Positions 28,423-37,137 of a DNA stretch of 55,401 nt are shown piece by piece; the stretch's first letter is position 1; each line of letters opens with the position of its first letter. The stretch spans positions 1-55,401 of the IMG/VR virus record IMGVR_UViG_3300049054_000009. One strand, written 5' to 3'. A model generated the notes under the pieces. The model had not been told where the DNA came from. It did no database searches and saw nothing but the letters and a program-made list of their open reading frames with translations. The stretch is from a virus. The position numbers and the translations under genes were made by a program.

Positions 28423-28650
28423 TTATTGATTGTCAAAAAGGGTGCTTTTATCCTTCTTAATTGGTTTTCTACGTTTTTTGGCTGGTGGTAACTTCTGACC
28501 GCAAAAAGGGCAAAAGGTAAGCATGATAGCATGCACCACACATTCATTAGTGTGCCACCTTCTGCCACTGGCAAGTATTTTAGATTCTAAAACAGCATTT
28601 ACAAAATGGGTGCAGCAGGCATTATCTATGCCCGGTAAATCATTTTGCAT
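28423..28650 (-). CDS. Small zinc-ribbon protein
   Basis: Contains CCTH...CPFCGQKL and a basic tail. The start may be 28650 (MQNDL) or 28698. Confidence 0.45.
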   Translation of the reverse strand: MQNDLPGIDNACCTHFVNAVLESKILASGRRWHTNECVVHAIMLTFCPFCGQKLPPAKKRRKPIKKDKSTLFDNQ

Positions 28651-29176
28651 TTTTGTGGGATTTTTTACGGGCTTGCAAGGTGGTATCAGCTTCATCAAAG
28701 GTAGCAGCTATAGTGCCACTGATACTAACAGCCGTGCCATCAGGCAAAATAAAAGGTGCATACATAGCTTCTATAGTGTCACGCACTTCTTCTGCTAGAT
28801 GCACCGGGCAAAGTATCACAAATTCATCACCACCATATCTAAACACACGTTCTGCCAGCTTATAGCGTGATGCTACCAGCTTTATCACGGCTGCCATGTT
28901 CTTTAGAACACCATCACCAGTAGTATGGTTAAGCACCTTATTGACAAATTTGAAGTTATTAGCATCAAATAAGATAACAGCAGTGCTTCTGTCAGCTTCT
29001 GCTGTAGGTCTGGCAAGGTCAAATGCCCTTCTATTAGCCAGACCAGTAAGCTGGTCAATATTAGCAGCCCGTTCTGCCTTGTTTCTTAAATCCTTACCTT
29101 CTGGAAAAACGGTATCAGCTACATACTTTCTGACAGTATGAAATAGTGGCTTTTGCGGTAAAATTGTAAATTCCAT
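28640..29176 (-). CDS. Stand-alone GGDEF-domain protein (predicted diguanylate cyclase)
   Basis: LTGLANRRAF, FDANNFKFVN, GDGVLK and RYGGDEF are all present. There is no RxxD I-site and no sensor domain. Start is ATG 29176, or alternatively GTG 29200. Confidence 0.8.
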   Translation of the reverse strand: MEFTILPQKPLFHTVRKYVADTVFPEGKDLRNKAERAANIDQLTGLANRRAFDLARPTAEADRSTAVILFDANNFKFVNKVLNHTTGDGVLKNMAAVIKLVASRYKLAERVFRYGGDEFVILCPVHLAEEVRDTIEAMYAPFILPDGTAVSISGTIAATFDEADTTLQARKKSHKNAK

Positions 29177-29209
29177 ATATTTAAGGGTGGTGTTTAACAC
29201 CAGAAGGTA

Positions 29210-29239
29210 AGCATAGCTTATCTGTGTTTAACGTGTCAA
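29210..29239 (-). promoter_or_regulatory. Sigma70-type promoter for the GGDEF-led transcription unit
   Basis: Minus strand: TTGACA (29239-29234) - 18 nt - TATGCT (29215-29210). Upstream is ATTTTGTAAATTTAAC, similar to the region upstream of the 43.2-kb promoter. Confidence 0.55.
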
Positions 29240-29315
29240 GTTAAATTTACAAAATGTCACCATGCTTACTTTATATACAAAAAATAATTTTCAGCCGTTT
29301 ATATACTTACTAAAC

Positions 29316-29341
29316 ATAAAAGCCCGGTCTGACCACCGGGC
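29316..29341 (-). terminator. Rho-independent terminator
   Basis: Stem gcccggt (29322-29328) pairs with accgggc (29335-29341), 6-nt loop, followed by TTTT on the minus strand. Confidence 0.7.
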
Positions 29342-29399
29342 TGTGCCATGTCAGCAAAAACAAAATGAAAAGCTAACACGTATGTATGAAAAGACCTTA

Positions 29400-29696
29400 C
29401 TAAAATAAGCCACCACTGTCAATTAAATATTTCAGCCACTTGATATATTCAGCCACATCTATATGCTGCTGACTGTCAGCACCATACCAGAACACTGGTT
29501 CTTTATTAGGTTCTACAGCTATACACCATTCAAACCAGTATGGTGCTGCATCTTCTATGATTACAGAACCTAAGAACCATGTGCCACCCACAGGCTTGAT
29601 GTAGAATGGTATAGGGTTATCTACCTGCATTTTTCTGATGTGTATAATGGCATTACGTATGCCAGAATTACCTATGTTATTGATTGTATGTTTCAT
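29400..29696 (-). CDS. Hypothetical protein
   Basis: 98-aa ORF; ATGA overlap with the HNH gene. Confidence 0.5.
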   Translation of the reverse strand: MKHTINNIGNSGIRNAIIHIRKMQVDNPIPFYIKPVGGTWFLGSVIIEDAAPYWFEWCIAVEPNKEPVFWYGADSQQHIDVAEYIKWLKYLIDSGGLF

Positions 29697-30004
29697 TTTG
29701 TTCTTTTCAGGGTCAAAAAAGCCCGGTAAGTAAATTTATTAGATTTTTCATTATTACACCTGTGACATGCCAGCACATAATTACTATCTTCATCTTTACC
29801 ACCATTAGCCTGTGCTATCTTGTGGTCAAGTGTAGCCAGTCTGTGCCAGTTTTCATAGCCAGTGCTATACTTCTTCATATCTTTATGCAAAATAGTCTTG
29901 ATGCCACAGTAATGGCAGTAGGGAAAGGCTAGATAAAGCCTAAGCAGTGCTAGCCTTCTTTTAGCCAGCACAGTTTTAGATGCCTTCTTTTTTCTTTTCA
30001 CCAT
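29693..30004 (-). CDS. HNH endonuclease
   Basis: CHYCG...LDHKIAQANGGKDEDSNYVLACHRCNNEKSN. Confidence 0.85.
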   Translation of the reverse strand: MVKRKKKASKTVLAKRRLALLRLYLAFPYCHYCGIKTILHKDMKKYSTGYENWHRLATLDHKIAQANGGKDEDSNYVLACHRCNNEKSNKFTYRAFLTLKRTK

Positions 30005-30377
30005 TTATCTTTCTACCTTTCCTTAAACCTTTGGGTGTGTGCTTCATGGCACGGGCATTACATGCAGGGCAAAGCTGGTGCAGCTTGCCATAAGCCTTGA
30101 TACGCTTTTCAGTGTGCCTATTATCAGCAGCCCATATACGTGTGATGGTCAAAGTGCCACCAGCCCTTACCATAGCAGCAGTAAGCCTAGCTGCACCATA
30201 GCTGCACAGTTCACCCGGTGCATGTGGTGCATGATTCAAGCCACAGGCTACATGGTCTGCCAGCCGTTCAATGGCAGCCCGTTTAGTGCTGCCTAAATAA
30301 TGTGACACAGTAACACCCGGTCTATTACCTAGTGCTACTGTGCTGCATATTAAATAACATCTTTTGCTTCTGGTCAT
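29976..30377 (-). CDS. GIY-YIG-like nuclease-fold protein with C-terminal CPxC
   Basis: CYLICS...HYLGSTKRAAIERLADH...EKRIK...LCPAC. Start at 30377 is ATGA-coupled to the upstream stop. Confidence 0.45.
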   Translation of the reverse strand: MTRSKRCYLICSTVALGNRPGVTVSHYLGSTKRAAIERLADHVACGLNHAPHAPGELCSYGAARLTAAMVRAGGTLTITRIWAADNRHTEKRIKAYGKLHQLCPACNARAMKHTPKGLRKGRKINGEKKKEGI

Positions 30378-31621
30378 TTTGTTTGATAGCCTGCACTTTG
30401 CCATGCTGCCTGTAAAAATTCACTGCCAGCCTTCTTAGGTTCATCTATCTTTCTTAATGCCCTAAGCAGTTCTACTGTGGTGTCAAAATCTTGTGGGTAA
30501 CAGTCTATCAAGCTGGTAGCAAGTTTAATTATTTCAGGGTCAGCATTTTTCTGGTCAGCAGATAAATTAACCACAGCTACCCGGTGCTGCTGTGTTTCAT
30601 CTAAGACCACTTTAGGTGCTGCACCCGGTCTAATTTCAGTATGCCCTAAAGGTGCATCACCAGCTATAAATACCATGCTATCTGCTGGTATGCCCATAGC
30701 AGTATTCATGGCTGCATTAAGGTCATTATGGTAAGTAGCTACTGCTTTATCAGCTAGCTTTTCTACAGCTTCACTAATAAAACCACGTGCAGCTTCTTTG
30801 ATAGCTTCACCTACTGCTTCTACAGTTTCTTTGACTTCACCAGCTTCTACAAAGTCAGCAGCACCCACCAGCATGGTAGTCTGTTCTGCTGCATCTTGCT
30901 TTCTAGCTTCTACACAAGTTTCTAAGGTGCAGCCAGACCATTCACAGCAGCCACCAGCTTTATGCAGCTTAGGTGCAGCTTTCTGTGCAGCCTTGTCAGC
31001 ACGGGCTACTTCTTTGGCAGCCTTCTTAGCAGCTTTTTCTTCTACTGCTGCTTCTTCACGGGCATAAACTTCTGGAAAGATGATTCTATACAGTTCTTCA
31101 CCTATCTGACCGCGATATTTATACAGCAATAAGCTGCCATAGCCTGCATCTGACCGGGTAAGCTGTGACTTGTTAGCCAGTGTATGCCCATATTCTACAT
31201 CATTACGGTTAAAGCCAGCCATGTCATCACGTAAAGAACCATCACACACGGCTGCCAAATTTTGCAGGGCTTGATGAATAGCAGCTATTTTTTCATCTGA
31301 CATGGTAGCAGCTTCTATGGCTGCTTTAGTTTTACGGTCTGGCTGAAAGCTGGCAGCACGGTCTAAAAGCCTTTCATAAGTGGCAGGCAAGAATTTACCA
31401 GCAGCATACATCAGTTCTACTGTATCAGCAGCTACATCAATTTTATCAAAGTGCTGCTTAATGGTGCTGGCAGCTACTGAAATATTTTCAGTAGCCCATG
31501 CACCCTGCTGTGGGTTATTCCATCTAAAGCCAGCCTGTGCAGCAAGGTGTTTTAAGTCAAAAGGTAAAACCAGTATAAAGACTGGCAAGCTGTTATTATT
31601 GGTAGTATGAAATAAATACAT
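30374..31621 (-). CDS. Hypothetical protein with a DUF5710-like N-terminal motif and an Ala/Lys-rich linker
   Basis: Start moved to 31621, preceded by GGAAAAACAAAATT. The motif LVLPFDLKHLAAQAGFRWNNPQQGAWAT resembles the VPFxxKDxAKxLGARWD pattern. Confidence 0.5.
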   Translation of the reverse strand: MYLFHTTNNNSLPVFILVLPFDLKHLAAQAGFRWNNPQQGAWATENISVAASTIKQHFDKIDVAADTVELMYAAGKFLPATYERLLDRAASFQPDRKTKAAIEAATMSDEKIAAIHQALQNLAAVCDGSLRDDMAGFNRNDVEYGHTLANKSQLTRSDAGYGSLLLYKYRGQIGEELYRIIFPEVYAREEAAVEEKAAKKAAKEVARADKAAQKAAPKLHKAGGCCEWSGCTLETCVEARKQDAAEQTTMLVGAADFVEAGEVKETVEAVGEAIKEAARGFISEAVEKLADKAVATYHNDLNAAMNTAMGIPADSMVFIAGDAPLGHTEIRPGAAPKVVLDETQQHRVAVVNLSADQKNADPEIIKLATSLIDCYPQDFDTTVELLRALRKIDEPKKAGSEFLQAAWQSAGYQTK

Positions 31622-31667
31622 AATTTTGTTTTTCCTTTTCAGTGGGCTGGTTAAGCCAGCCCGGTCA

Positions 31668-32099
31668 TTAGATTCTAAAGCCACCTACTTTTTCTACACC
31701 ATCAGCAGTAACAGTGACTGTTAGATAAGGTGAAATAACTTTCAGGGTAACAGCAGCAGCAGGTGCAGTGGTAGCACTTGCCACCACCTTTTCTGCCACC
31801 TGTTTAGCCTTGCACCGGGCTACATGATACTGATAAGCCACATTGATATGCTTGCACTGTCTGCCATGCTTACGAATATTAGCAAAATCAGGGCAAGTGC
31901 AGGCTGCTAAACGGTTACCATTAGCTGCTACAGCAAAGGTTACCAGATACTGGCTGCTGGTGCTGGTGTTAGTAATGTAATACTGTCTAGCATTATCAGC
32001 TACCAGTTCTATTTTGAAGTGGTCAGACTTCTGTGGAAAACGAAATACATCAGGGTTAATTACCACAAATGCTACATTATTTACTGCTGATTGAATCAT
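31668..32099 (-). CDS. SWIM zinc-finger protein
   Basis: CTCPDFANIRKHGRQCKH follows CxCx(n)CxH. Start moved to 32099, preceded by AAGGAAAAACAAAATT. Confidence 0.7.
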   Translation of the reverse strand: MIQSAVNNVAFVVINPDVFRFPQKSDHFKIELVADNARQYYITNTSTSSQYLVTFAVAANGNRLAACTCPDFANIRKHGRQCKHINVAYQYHVARCKAKQVAEKVVASATTAPAAAVTLKVISPYLTVTVTADGVEKVGGFRI

Positions 32100-32164
32100 A
32101 ATTTTGTTTTTCCTTACCAGTGAATGTGTCACTGTAAAATAAGAATAGCATACAAAATATTATC

Positions 32165-32184
32165 TTGTAAAGGAAACTTTACAA
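32165..32184. promoter_or_regulatory. Palindromic promoter/operator motif TTGTAAAG-GAAA-CTTTACAA (copy 1)
   Basis: Perfect 8-bp inverted arms. On the minus strand TTTACA - 18 nt - TATTCT follows. Lies 66-85 nt upstream of the ATG at 32099. Confidence 0.6.
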
Positions 32185-32191
32185 ATATTTC

Positions 32192-32221
32192 AAAAAAAAA
32201 TAGGCTGACACCTGCCAGCCT
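32192..32221 (-). terminator. Rho-independent terminator
   Basis: Stem aggctg pairs with cagcct, followed by nine T on the minus strand (A9 at 32192-32200). Confidence 0.7.
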
Positions 32222-32243
32222 TCTTGAATTAGTTTTGCTCTAT

Positions 32244-32498
32244 TTAATTATTTTTCATATATTGCATGCCTGCTGCTACTAAGGTAGGGTGCATATTTAA
32301 TTCTTGCCAGTAATCAAGCTGTTCTTTGGCATCTACTAAGCTAAGTGTAGCTAATGAACCAGCACCATAATGTGCATAGATTCTAAAGCCACTGCTAGCA
32401 CGGGCATCTTTTGCGATAAACCACAGCTTTAAGGTGGTTTGATTAGTAGAACCTATAAAATTTGACTGTTTAGCTGCATGTGTAATAAAGTTTGCCAT
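32244..32498 (-). CDS. Hypothetical protein
   Basis: 84-aa ORF with AGAAGGAAACAAAACAAA before the ATG. Confidence 0.55.
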   Translation of the reverse strand: MANFITHAAKQSNFIGSTNQTTLKLWFIAKDARASSGFRIYAHYGAGSLATLSLVDAKEQLDYWQELNMHPTLVAAGMQYMKNN

Positions 32499-32530
32499 TT
32501 TGTTTTGTTTCCTTCTGCCAGTGGCAGGGT

Positions 32531-32555
32531 AAAAGGGCTAGTGGTCAGCTAGCCC
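32531..32555 (-). terminator. Rho-independent terminator
   Basis: Stem gggctag (32535-32541) pairs with ctagccc (32549-32555), followed by TTTT on the minus strand. Confidence 0.6.
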
Positions 32556-32565
32556 GGTTAGTAGT

Positions 32566-33246
32566 TTAGTAACCTTTGTAATTTTGATTAAAAAATTCAT
32601 CAGTTACCCATTTATCTAAAGCTAGGTAAGTGCCACAGTTTCTAGCACCAGCTTGCACACGTAAAGTAAAATCACCTATGGTGTATTCAGCTATGTCTTG
32701 TGAAGTAGCTGTAGAATAATTGTTATCTTCAAGGGTTACACCTTCTGTTTTTAGCACAGCAGTTACCCATGCCTTCTGCTTATCAGTTAGAACAAAGTAA
32801 GCTAGCTTCTTGCCTTCAAATTTGATACGCTGACCATCTTTTTTCATGCCACCAATAAAAGACAGTTTATGGCTTTTTCTGGCAGTTTCAAAGAACATGG
32901 CACACAGGTCTGCACTGGTGGTAGTAGCAGCCTGCTGCTGTGCAGGCTGTTCTACTAGGTTATATTTAGCTAAAACTTCTTTAGATGATAAATAAAAGTA
33001 TTCAATCTGGCTTTTATCTTGTGACCAGAATTTAACTTTGATAGATTCAAAGCCCGGAAAATCAGCTATAGTGATGGTTCTGCATGGTTCTGCTTTACTG
33101 ACATATACATAAATTTCATCACGCACTTTCAAGCCTTTAACCGTGCCTATGAATTTACCACCACCTTCAAAGATGTTAGATATACTGGTTTTAATTTCTT
33201 CACCAGTCTTAGGGTTATAATAATAAAATCTATCAGGGCTGTGCAT
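32566..33246 (-). CDS. Hypothetical protein in its own promoter-terminator unit
   Basis: 226-aa ORF bracketed by palindromic motif copy 2 upstream and a terminator downstream. Confidence 0.6.
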   Translation of the reverse strand: MHSPDRFYYYNPKTGEEIKTSISNIFEGGGKFIGTVKGLKVRDEIYVYVSKAEPCRTITIADFPGFESIKVKFWSQDKSQIEYFYLSSKEVLAKYNLVEQPAQQQAATTTSADLCAMFFETARKSHKLSFIGGMKKDGQRIKFEGKKLAYFVLTDKQKAWVTAVLKTEGVTLEDNNYSTATSQDIAEYTIGDFTLRVQAGARNCGTYLALDKWVTDEFFNQNYKGY

Positions 33247-33316
33247 AGTTACCTACCTATTCAAAATTTAGCAACAGTGGCTGCCATGTTTAGAAAGGTA
33301 ACATAAAAAAATCAGC

Positions 33317-33336
33317 TTGTAAAGGAAACTTTACAA
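33317..33336. promoter_or_regulatory. Palindromic promoter/operator motif TTGTAAAG-GAAA-CTTTACAA (copy 2)
   Basis: Identical 20-mer, with arms extendable to 9 bp (C...G). Lies 71-90 nt upstream of the ATG at 33246. Confidence 0.6.
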
Positions 33337-33345
33337 GATTTTTAA

Positions 33346-35040
33346 TTATTTTTCTAAGATGAAATTATTTAAGCCACGTATGTAGCAGTTAGAAGCAGGT
33401 GATAGCAGCACTAATGATTCTTTGCATCTAGTCATACCTACATAAAACTGCCTGATAACTTCATCTTTGCCTTCTACAGTAGCATAGTTATCATAAGCCC
33501 GTTTAGATATGTCAGGCATTAAATAGACTACATCAGCTTCACCACCCTTAACAGAATGAATAGTGCCAATAACTATTGGTGGTGTCATCTTTAAGGCAGC
33601 TACCCGGTGCTTTTCTATAATATTGCAGATGTAATCAAACTTATTTACATTAGCTTTTTGCAGGTGGTCAATAAACCAGCCTAGATGCCCATTCACCATC
33701 TGCACAAAATCTTCTGGCTGTTCTAACATTCTGGCAAATTCTAAGGCAGTGGGTGGCTGGTCAGCTTCTTCTATCTGCTTACCTGCACCACGTTTTAAGA
33801 AAGTAGATATAGACATAACTGAAAGCCAGCTATCTAGTTCTTCTTTTGTCCATAACTTGGCATCTATCATACGCTGCCAGCTTTCTGCATCATTCTGCAC
33901 TTTCCACCCTTTTAAGCTAGGTGCAAGGTAGGCAAGTATGGCAGCTACACCTTTGCCTTGCCCTAATGGTGACCAGTCACCACGTTTTTTTCTAAATGGA
34001 TTATGAAAGGGTAAGCCAGCAGACCTAAGTGCTGATTTAAGATTATTCAGCATGTAAGCACAGCTTGCCAGAATCATTATAGTTTTACCCTGCCTTAAAT
34101 AATATTCTGCATCTTTTAATAAATTATCTACCTGTATGTAGTCAGCATCTGGTAACCATCTGCTTTCACCTAGCACCGGGCTGCCATCTTCATTAATACG
34201 TGGCTTATATTCTTTCTGCTGCCTGTTAGATAATCTTTGCACCCACCTATTAGCCACCTTATGCACTACCTGTGGCACACGGTAAGACTGTGTAAGAATA
34301 TGCTTATGACTGTCTGGTATCTTAGCACCATAGAAAGTTTCTGCTGATGCACCCTTAAAGCCATATATGCACTGGTCATCATCACCAGCTACTATAAGAT
34401 GTTCTGTAAATTTACCCCACTTTCTGACTAATGCCCATTCAAGTGCAGTTAAATCTTGTGCTTCATCTATAAACATTACATTAGGGTTACCCGGTGCATA
34501 AGGTATTTTATCAAGTGCCAGTGCTATCATGTCAGTATAATCTATGCTATTGGTATCAGCTTTGAATTTTTCCCACCTAGCTGCAAATTCTTTTACAGTG
34601 GCTGATGCCCACAAGTCAGAACGTCTTGCCCTTTGAAGCTGATACCGGGCTAACATTTCATTACCTTCACCACCTTCATCTATTTGCCCATCATCATGTG
34701 GGTTATCTACATCAGTGCCAGCCTTGCCTATGCAGAACTGTGGGTGCTTCTTATTCCATTCAGCTAGTAATTCTTTGTCAGTTTCCAAAATTCTAGGCTT
34801 GCCTATGGCACGGTAAGCATGTGCATGCAGGGTAGCCACCTGTTCTTTTTTTAAGGGCAAGTCACGGCTGACTAATTCTTGTGCAGCAGAAGTGGTAAAG
34901 CTGGCTACTAAAATATTATCACTGCCATGTTTTTGGGCTGCCAGCTTTATCTGTCTGGTCATGTAGGTGGTTTTACCACAGCCGGGTGAACCATAAATCT
35001 GGTGTTCACCATCTTGATTTTCATATTCAAAATTTTTCAT
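33346..35040 (-). CDS. SF1 UvrD/PcrA-like DNA helicase
   Basis: GSPGCGKTT (motif I), FIDEAQD (II), DDDQCIYGFKGA (III), SYRVPQ (IV), TIHSVKGGEADVV (V), YVGMTRCKESL (VI). Confidence 0.85.
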   Translation of the reverse strand: MKNFEYENQDGEHQIYGSPGCGKTTYMTRQIKLAAQKHGSDNILVASFTTSAAQELVSRDLPLKKEQVATLHAHAYRAIGKPRILETDKELLAEWNKKHPQFCIGKAGTDVDNPHDDGQIDEGGEGNEMLARYQLQRARRSDLWASATVKEFAARWEKFKADTNSIDYTDMIALALDKIPYAPGNPNVMFIDEAQDLTALEWALVRKWGKFTEHLIVAGDDDQCIYGFKGASAETFYGAKIPDSHKHILTQSYRVPQVVHKVANRWVQRLSNRQQKEYKPRINEDGSPVLGESRWLPDADYIQVDNLLKDAEYYLRQGKTIMILASCAYMLNNLKSALRSAGLPFHNPFRKKRGDWSPLGQGKGVAAILAYLAPSLKGWKVQNDAESWQRMIDAKLWTKEELDSWLSVMSISTFLKRGAGKQIEEADQPPTALEFARMLEQPEDFVQMVNGHLGWFIDHLQKANVNKFDYICNIIEKHRVAALKMTPPIVIGTIHSVKGGEADVVYLMPDISKRAYDNYATVEGKDEVIRQFYVGMTRCKESLVLLSPASNCYIRGLNNFILEK

Positions 35041-35064
35041 ATATCCACAGCCTTTGTGTTACAC

Positions 35065-35295
35065 GCACGTGGGAAAATATACAGAATATACATATTTTCA
35101 CCTTGCCAGACACATAGTAAAATAAGGCTACTACACATAATGTGTATATTTCTATACTTTTTATTTGAAAAGTGTATATCTACCTTATCTATCATGTTTA
35201 TCTATAGTTATCTATGCTTGTGCATGCTTATCTATACTTAATTACACATTTATTTCAGATTTTCAAAAACAAAAAATATTTTCCGCGCATGCGCG
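35065..35295. repeat. Non-coding module B, homologous to 18142..18354
   Basis: Carries the same sequence blocks as module A; ends in the 12-bp palindrome CGCGCATGCGCG (35284-35295). Confidence 0.85.
35185..35235. repeat. Four direct TTATCTAT repeats (iteron-like; candidate replication origin)
   Basis: Copies at 35185, 35198, 35208 and 35228 in an AT-rich spacer between the primase-polymerase and helicase genes. Confidence 0.5.
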
Positions 35296-35298
35296 AAA

Positions 35299-37047
35299 CT
35301 ATTTATATTTGCCAGCATATTCAATTTCATCAGCTTCTTCACCACGTTCTTTCACAGCACCTGCTGGCAGCCATTCTGGTGGCAGACAATAAACAGAAAT
35401 AGATTTTTGCTTATCACGTTCATCTTTTACATTGAATACTTCACGGTCAGCTTGCAGCCGTTTTAAGATGTTCACAAGGTCTTTTTTTTCTTTTTTGTAG
35501 CCATACCTTCTTTTTGCATATTGCCACAGTTCTAGGGCATTTATGGCTACTTTGCCATTTATCACAGCAGGTGCATGTGCAGCAGCATTTGCCCGGTGCT
35601 GTTTTTCGCTAATGTTCTTTATCATCTTTTCATCTATGTAAGTTTCAAGAATGTCACGCACTTCACCCACTTCTGTAGCTTCATCAGCTACCACCACTTC
35701 ATCAGCAAGGTCTGCCATCTTCTGTGCAGCAGCTTCATAAATAGGTTCTTTCATTTTTCTGACCACCTTGCTGATAGCATTAAACACATGCCTTCTAAAT
35801 AAATTCTGGTCAAGTAAGCCTGCACCATCACCAAAGTTTTTATGTTTCCCACCTTCAAAGTAAATAATAAAAGCTGGTGGGTCAGATAAATGCTTTTCTA
35901 TCCTTTCTATCTTGATGCCTAGCATGGTGAATAGGTCACGTTTTAAGCCTTCTTTATCAGTAGGGTCAGTAGTGCGTTTAGCTGCCTGCACTTTTTGTCT
36001 TTCTGCCTGCATGCCATTACGTGCTTCTGCTATGGTTCTTTGCAGGTAATCAAGCCTTAGCTTTTCATCATTATGCTTTCTTCTGTGTGCTATCAGTAAA
36101 TTACATACAGTCTGGTCATCTAGCCCTGCACCCACTGCCATATTAGCTAAGGCTATATCATAGCTGCTAGCTGATGTATCTTGCAGGTCTTTTCTGGTTC
36201 TAGTCCATGTGCTTTTGAATTTTGGTATATTATCGCTAAGTGCTTCAAAAGTTTCATTATCAATAGTGGCAGCAGGGTCAATATCAATACTAATATCATT
36301 ATAAGGTGTGGCATTTATCTTAGGTGTGCTGCTGCCATTCATGGCAGGTGCTGTGACTGTTACCCGGTTAGCAGCCCTTACATCATCTAAGTAGTCATTA
36401 AGCTGACCGGGTGTGTATCTGGCTGTGTCATCAAATGCCAGCAAGGTAGCTTCTACAGGGCTGCTTTCTATTTTCCAGTTCAAGGTAGAAGGCACACGTA
36501 AAACACGGGTAATATCTTGTGTAGCATCAAGGTCATAGCCTAGCTTGCCTGCTTTCCATTTGAACATTTTTTGCCATGATTCTATTAACTTCATGGCAGC
36601 CTGCCTAGTTTCTTCATCAGTAAATTCTATGAAGTTTTTCAGCAGCCAGTAGGCATGTATGCCATAGCCACTGAAAACGATAATAGAAGGCTTAATAGGT
36701 ATGCTGGTTACAAATTCTACAGCTTCTTCTATAGTAGCTGGTAGATTATTCTTTTTATGGGCTAATGAATTTTGTATATCCACATCTAGGTGGATACTGC
36801 CTATACCTAGCACATCAGTTAGCTTACCCCTACCTTTTTTCAGTTTAGGTAATGTGCCTACACAAAAATACACATCAGTGCCTTCTGACTTAGGTGCTGT
36901 GGCATAATTGGCAGCTTCTTCTATGCTGGTAAAAAAGTTATTACGCTTACTATCTTCTGACCTGTTTAGTGTCCATACCAGTATATTATGGTCTGCTGGT
37001 TTGCTACCAAAGATGGCAGTAAGAAAGTCTAAAGCTGAATTAGACAT
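35299..37047 (-). CDS. Primase-polymerase (archaeo-eukaryotic primase superfamily)
   Basis: AEP motifs: IHLDVDI (DxD), SGYGIHAYW (sGxGxH), RVLRVPSTLNWK (motif III). I found no Walker A motif in the C-terminal half. Confidence 0.8.
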   Translation of the reverse strand: MSNSALDFLTAIFGSKPADHNILVWTLNRSEDSKRNNFFTSIEEAANYATAPKSEGTDVYFCVGTLPKLKKGRGKLTDVLGIGSIHLDVDIQNSLAHKKNNLPATIEEAVEFVTSIPIKPSIIVFSGYGIHAYWLLKNFIEFTDEETRQAAMKLIESWQKMFKWKAGKLGYDLDATQDITRVLRVPSTLNWKIESSPVEATLLAFDDTARYTPGQLNDYLDDVRAANRVTVTAPAMNGSSTPKINATPYNDISIDIDPAATIDNETFEALSDNIPKFKSTWTRTRKDLQDTSASSYDIALANMAVGAGLDDQTVCNLLIAHRRKHNDEKLRLDYLQRTIAEARNGMQAERQKVQAAKRTTDPTDKEGLKRDLFTMLGIKIERIEKHLSDPPAFIIYFEGGKHKNFGDGAGLLDQNLFRRHVFNAISKVVRKMKEPIYEAAAQKMADLADEVVVADEATEVGEVRDILETYIDEKMIKNISEKQHRANAAAHAPAVINGKVAINALELWQYAKRRYGYKKEKKDLVNILKRLQADREVFNVKDERDKQKSISVYCLPPEWLPAGAVKERGEEADEIEYAGKYK

Positions 37048-37091
37048 AATTAGTTATAATGTATGAAAGATTACAGAAAGGTTTGAAGGTT

Positions 37092-37115
37092 AAAAAAGGG
37101 TGGCATAAGCCACCC
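37092..37115 (-). terminator. Rho-independent terminator
   Basis: Stem gggtggc (37098-37104) pairs with gccaccc (37109-37115), 4-nt loop, followed by TTTTTT on the minus strand. Confidence 0.7.
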
Positions 37116-37137
37116 TAGCTGCTGGCTTTACGGTCAA

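Noticed and set aside
35185-35235. CRISPR array
   Set aside because: The only short direct repeats are 8-mers (TTATCTAT x4) and 6-mers (CATGTG x3) with irregular short spacing. There are no 25-40-bp repeats with unique spacers anywhere.
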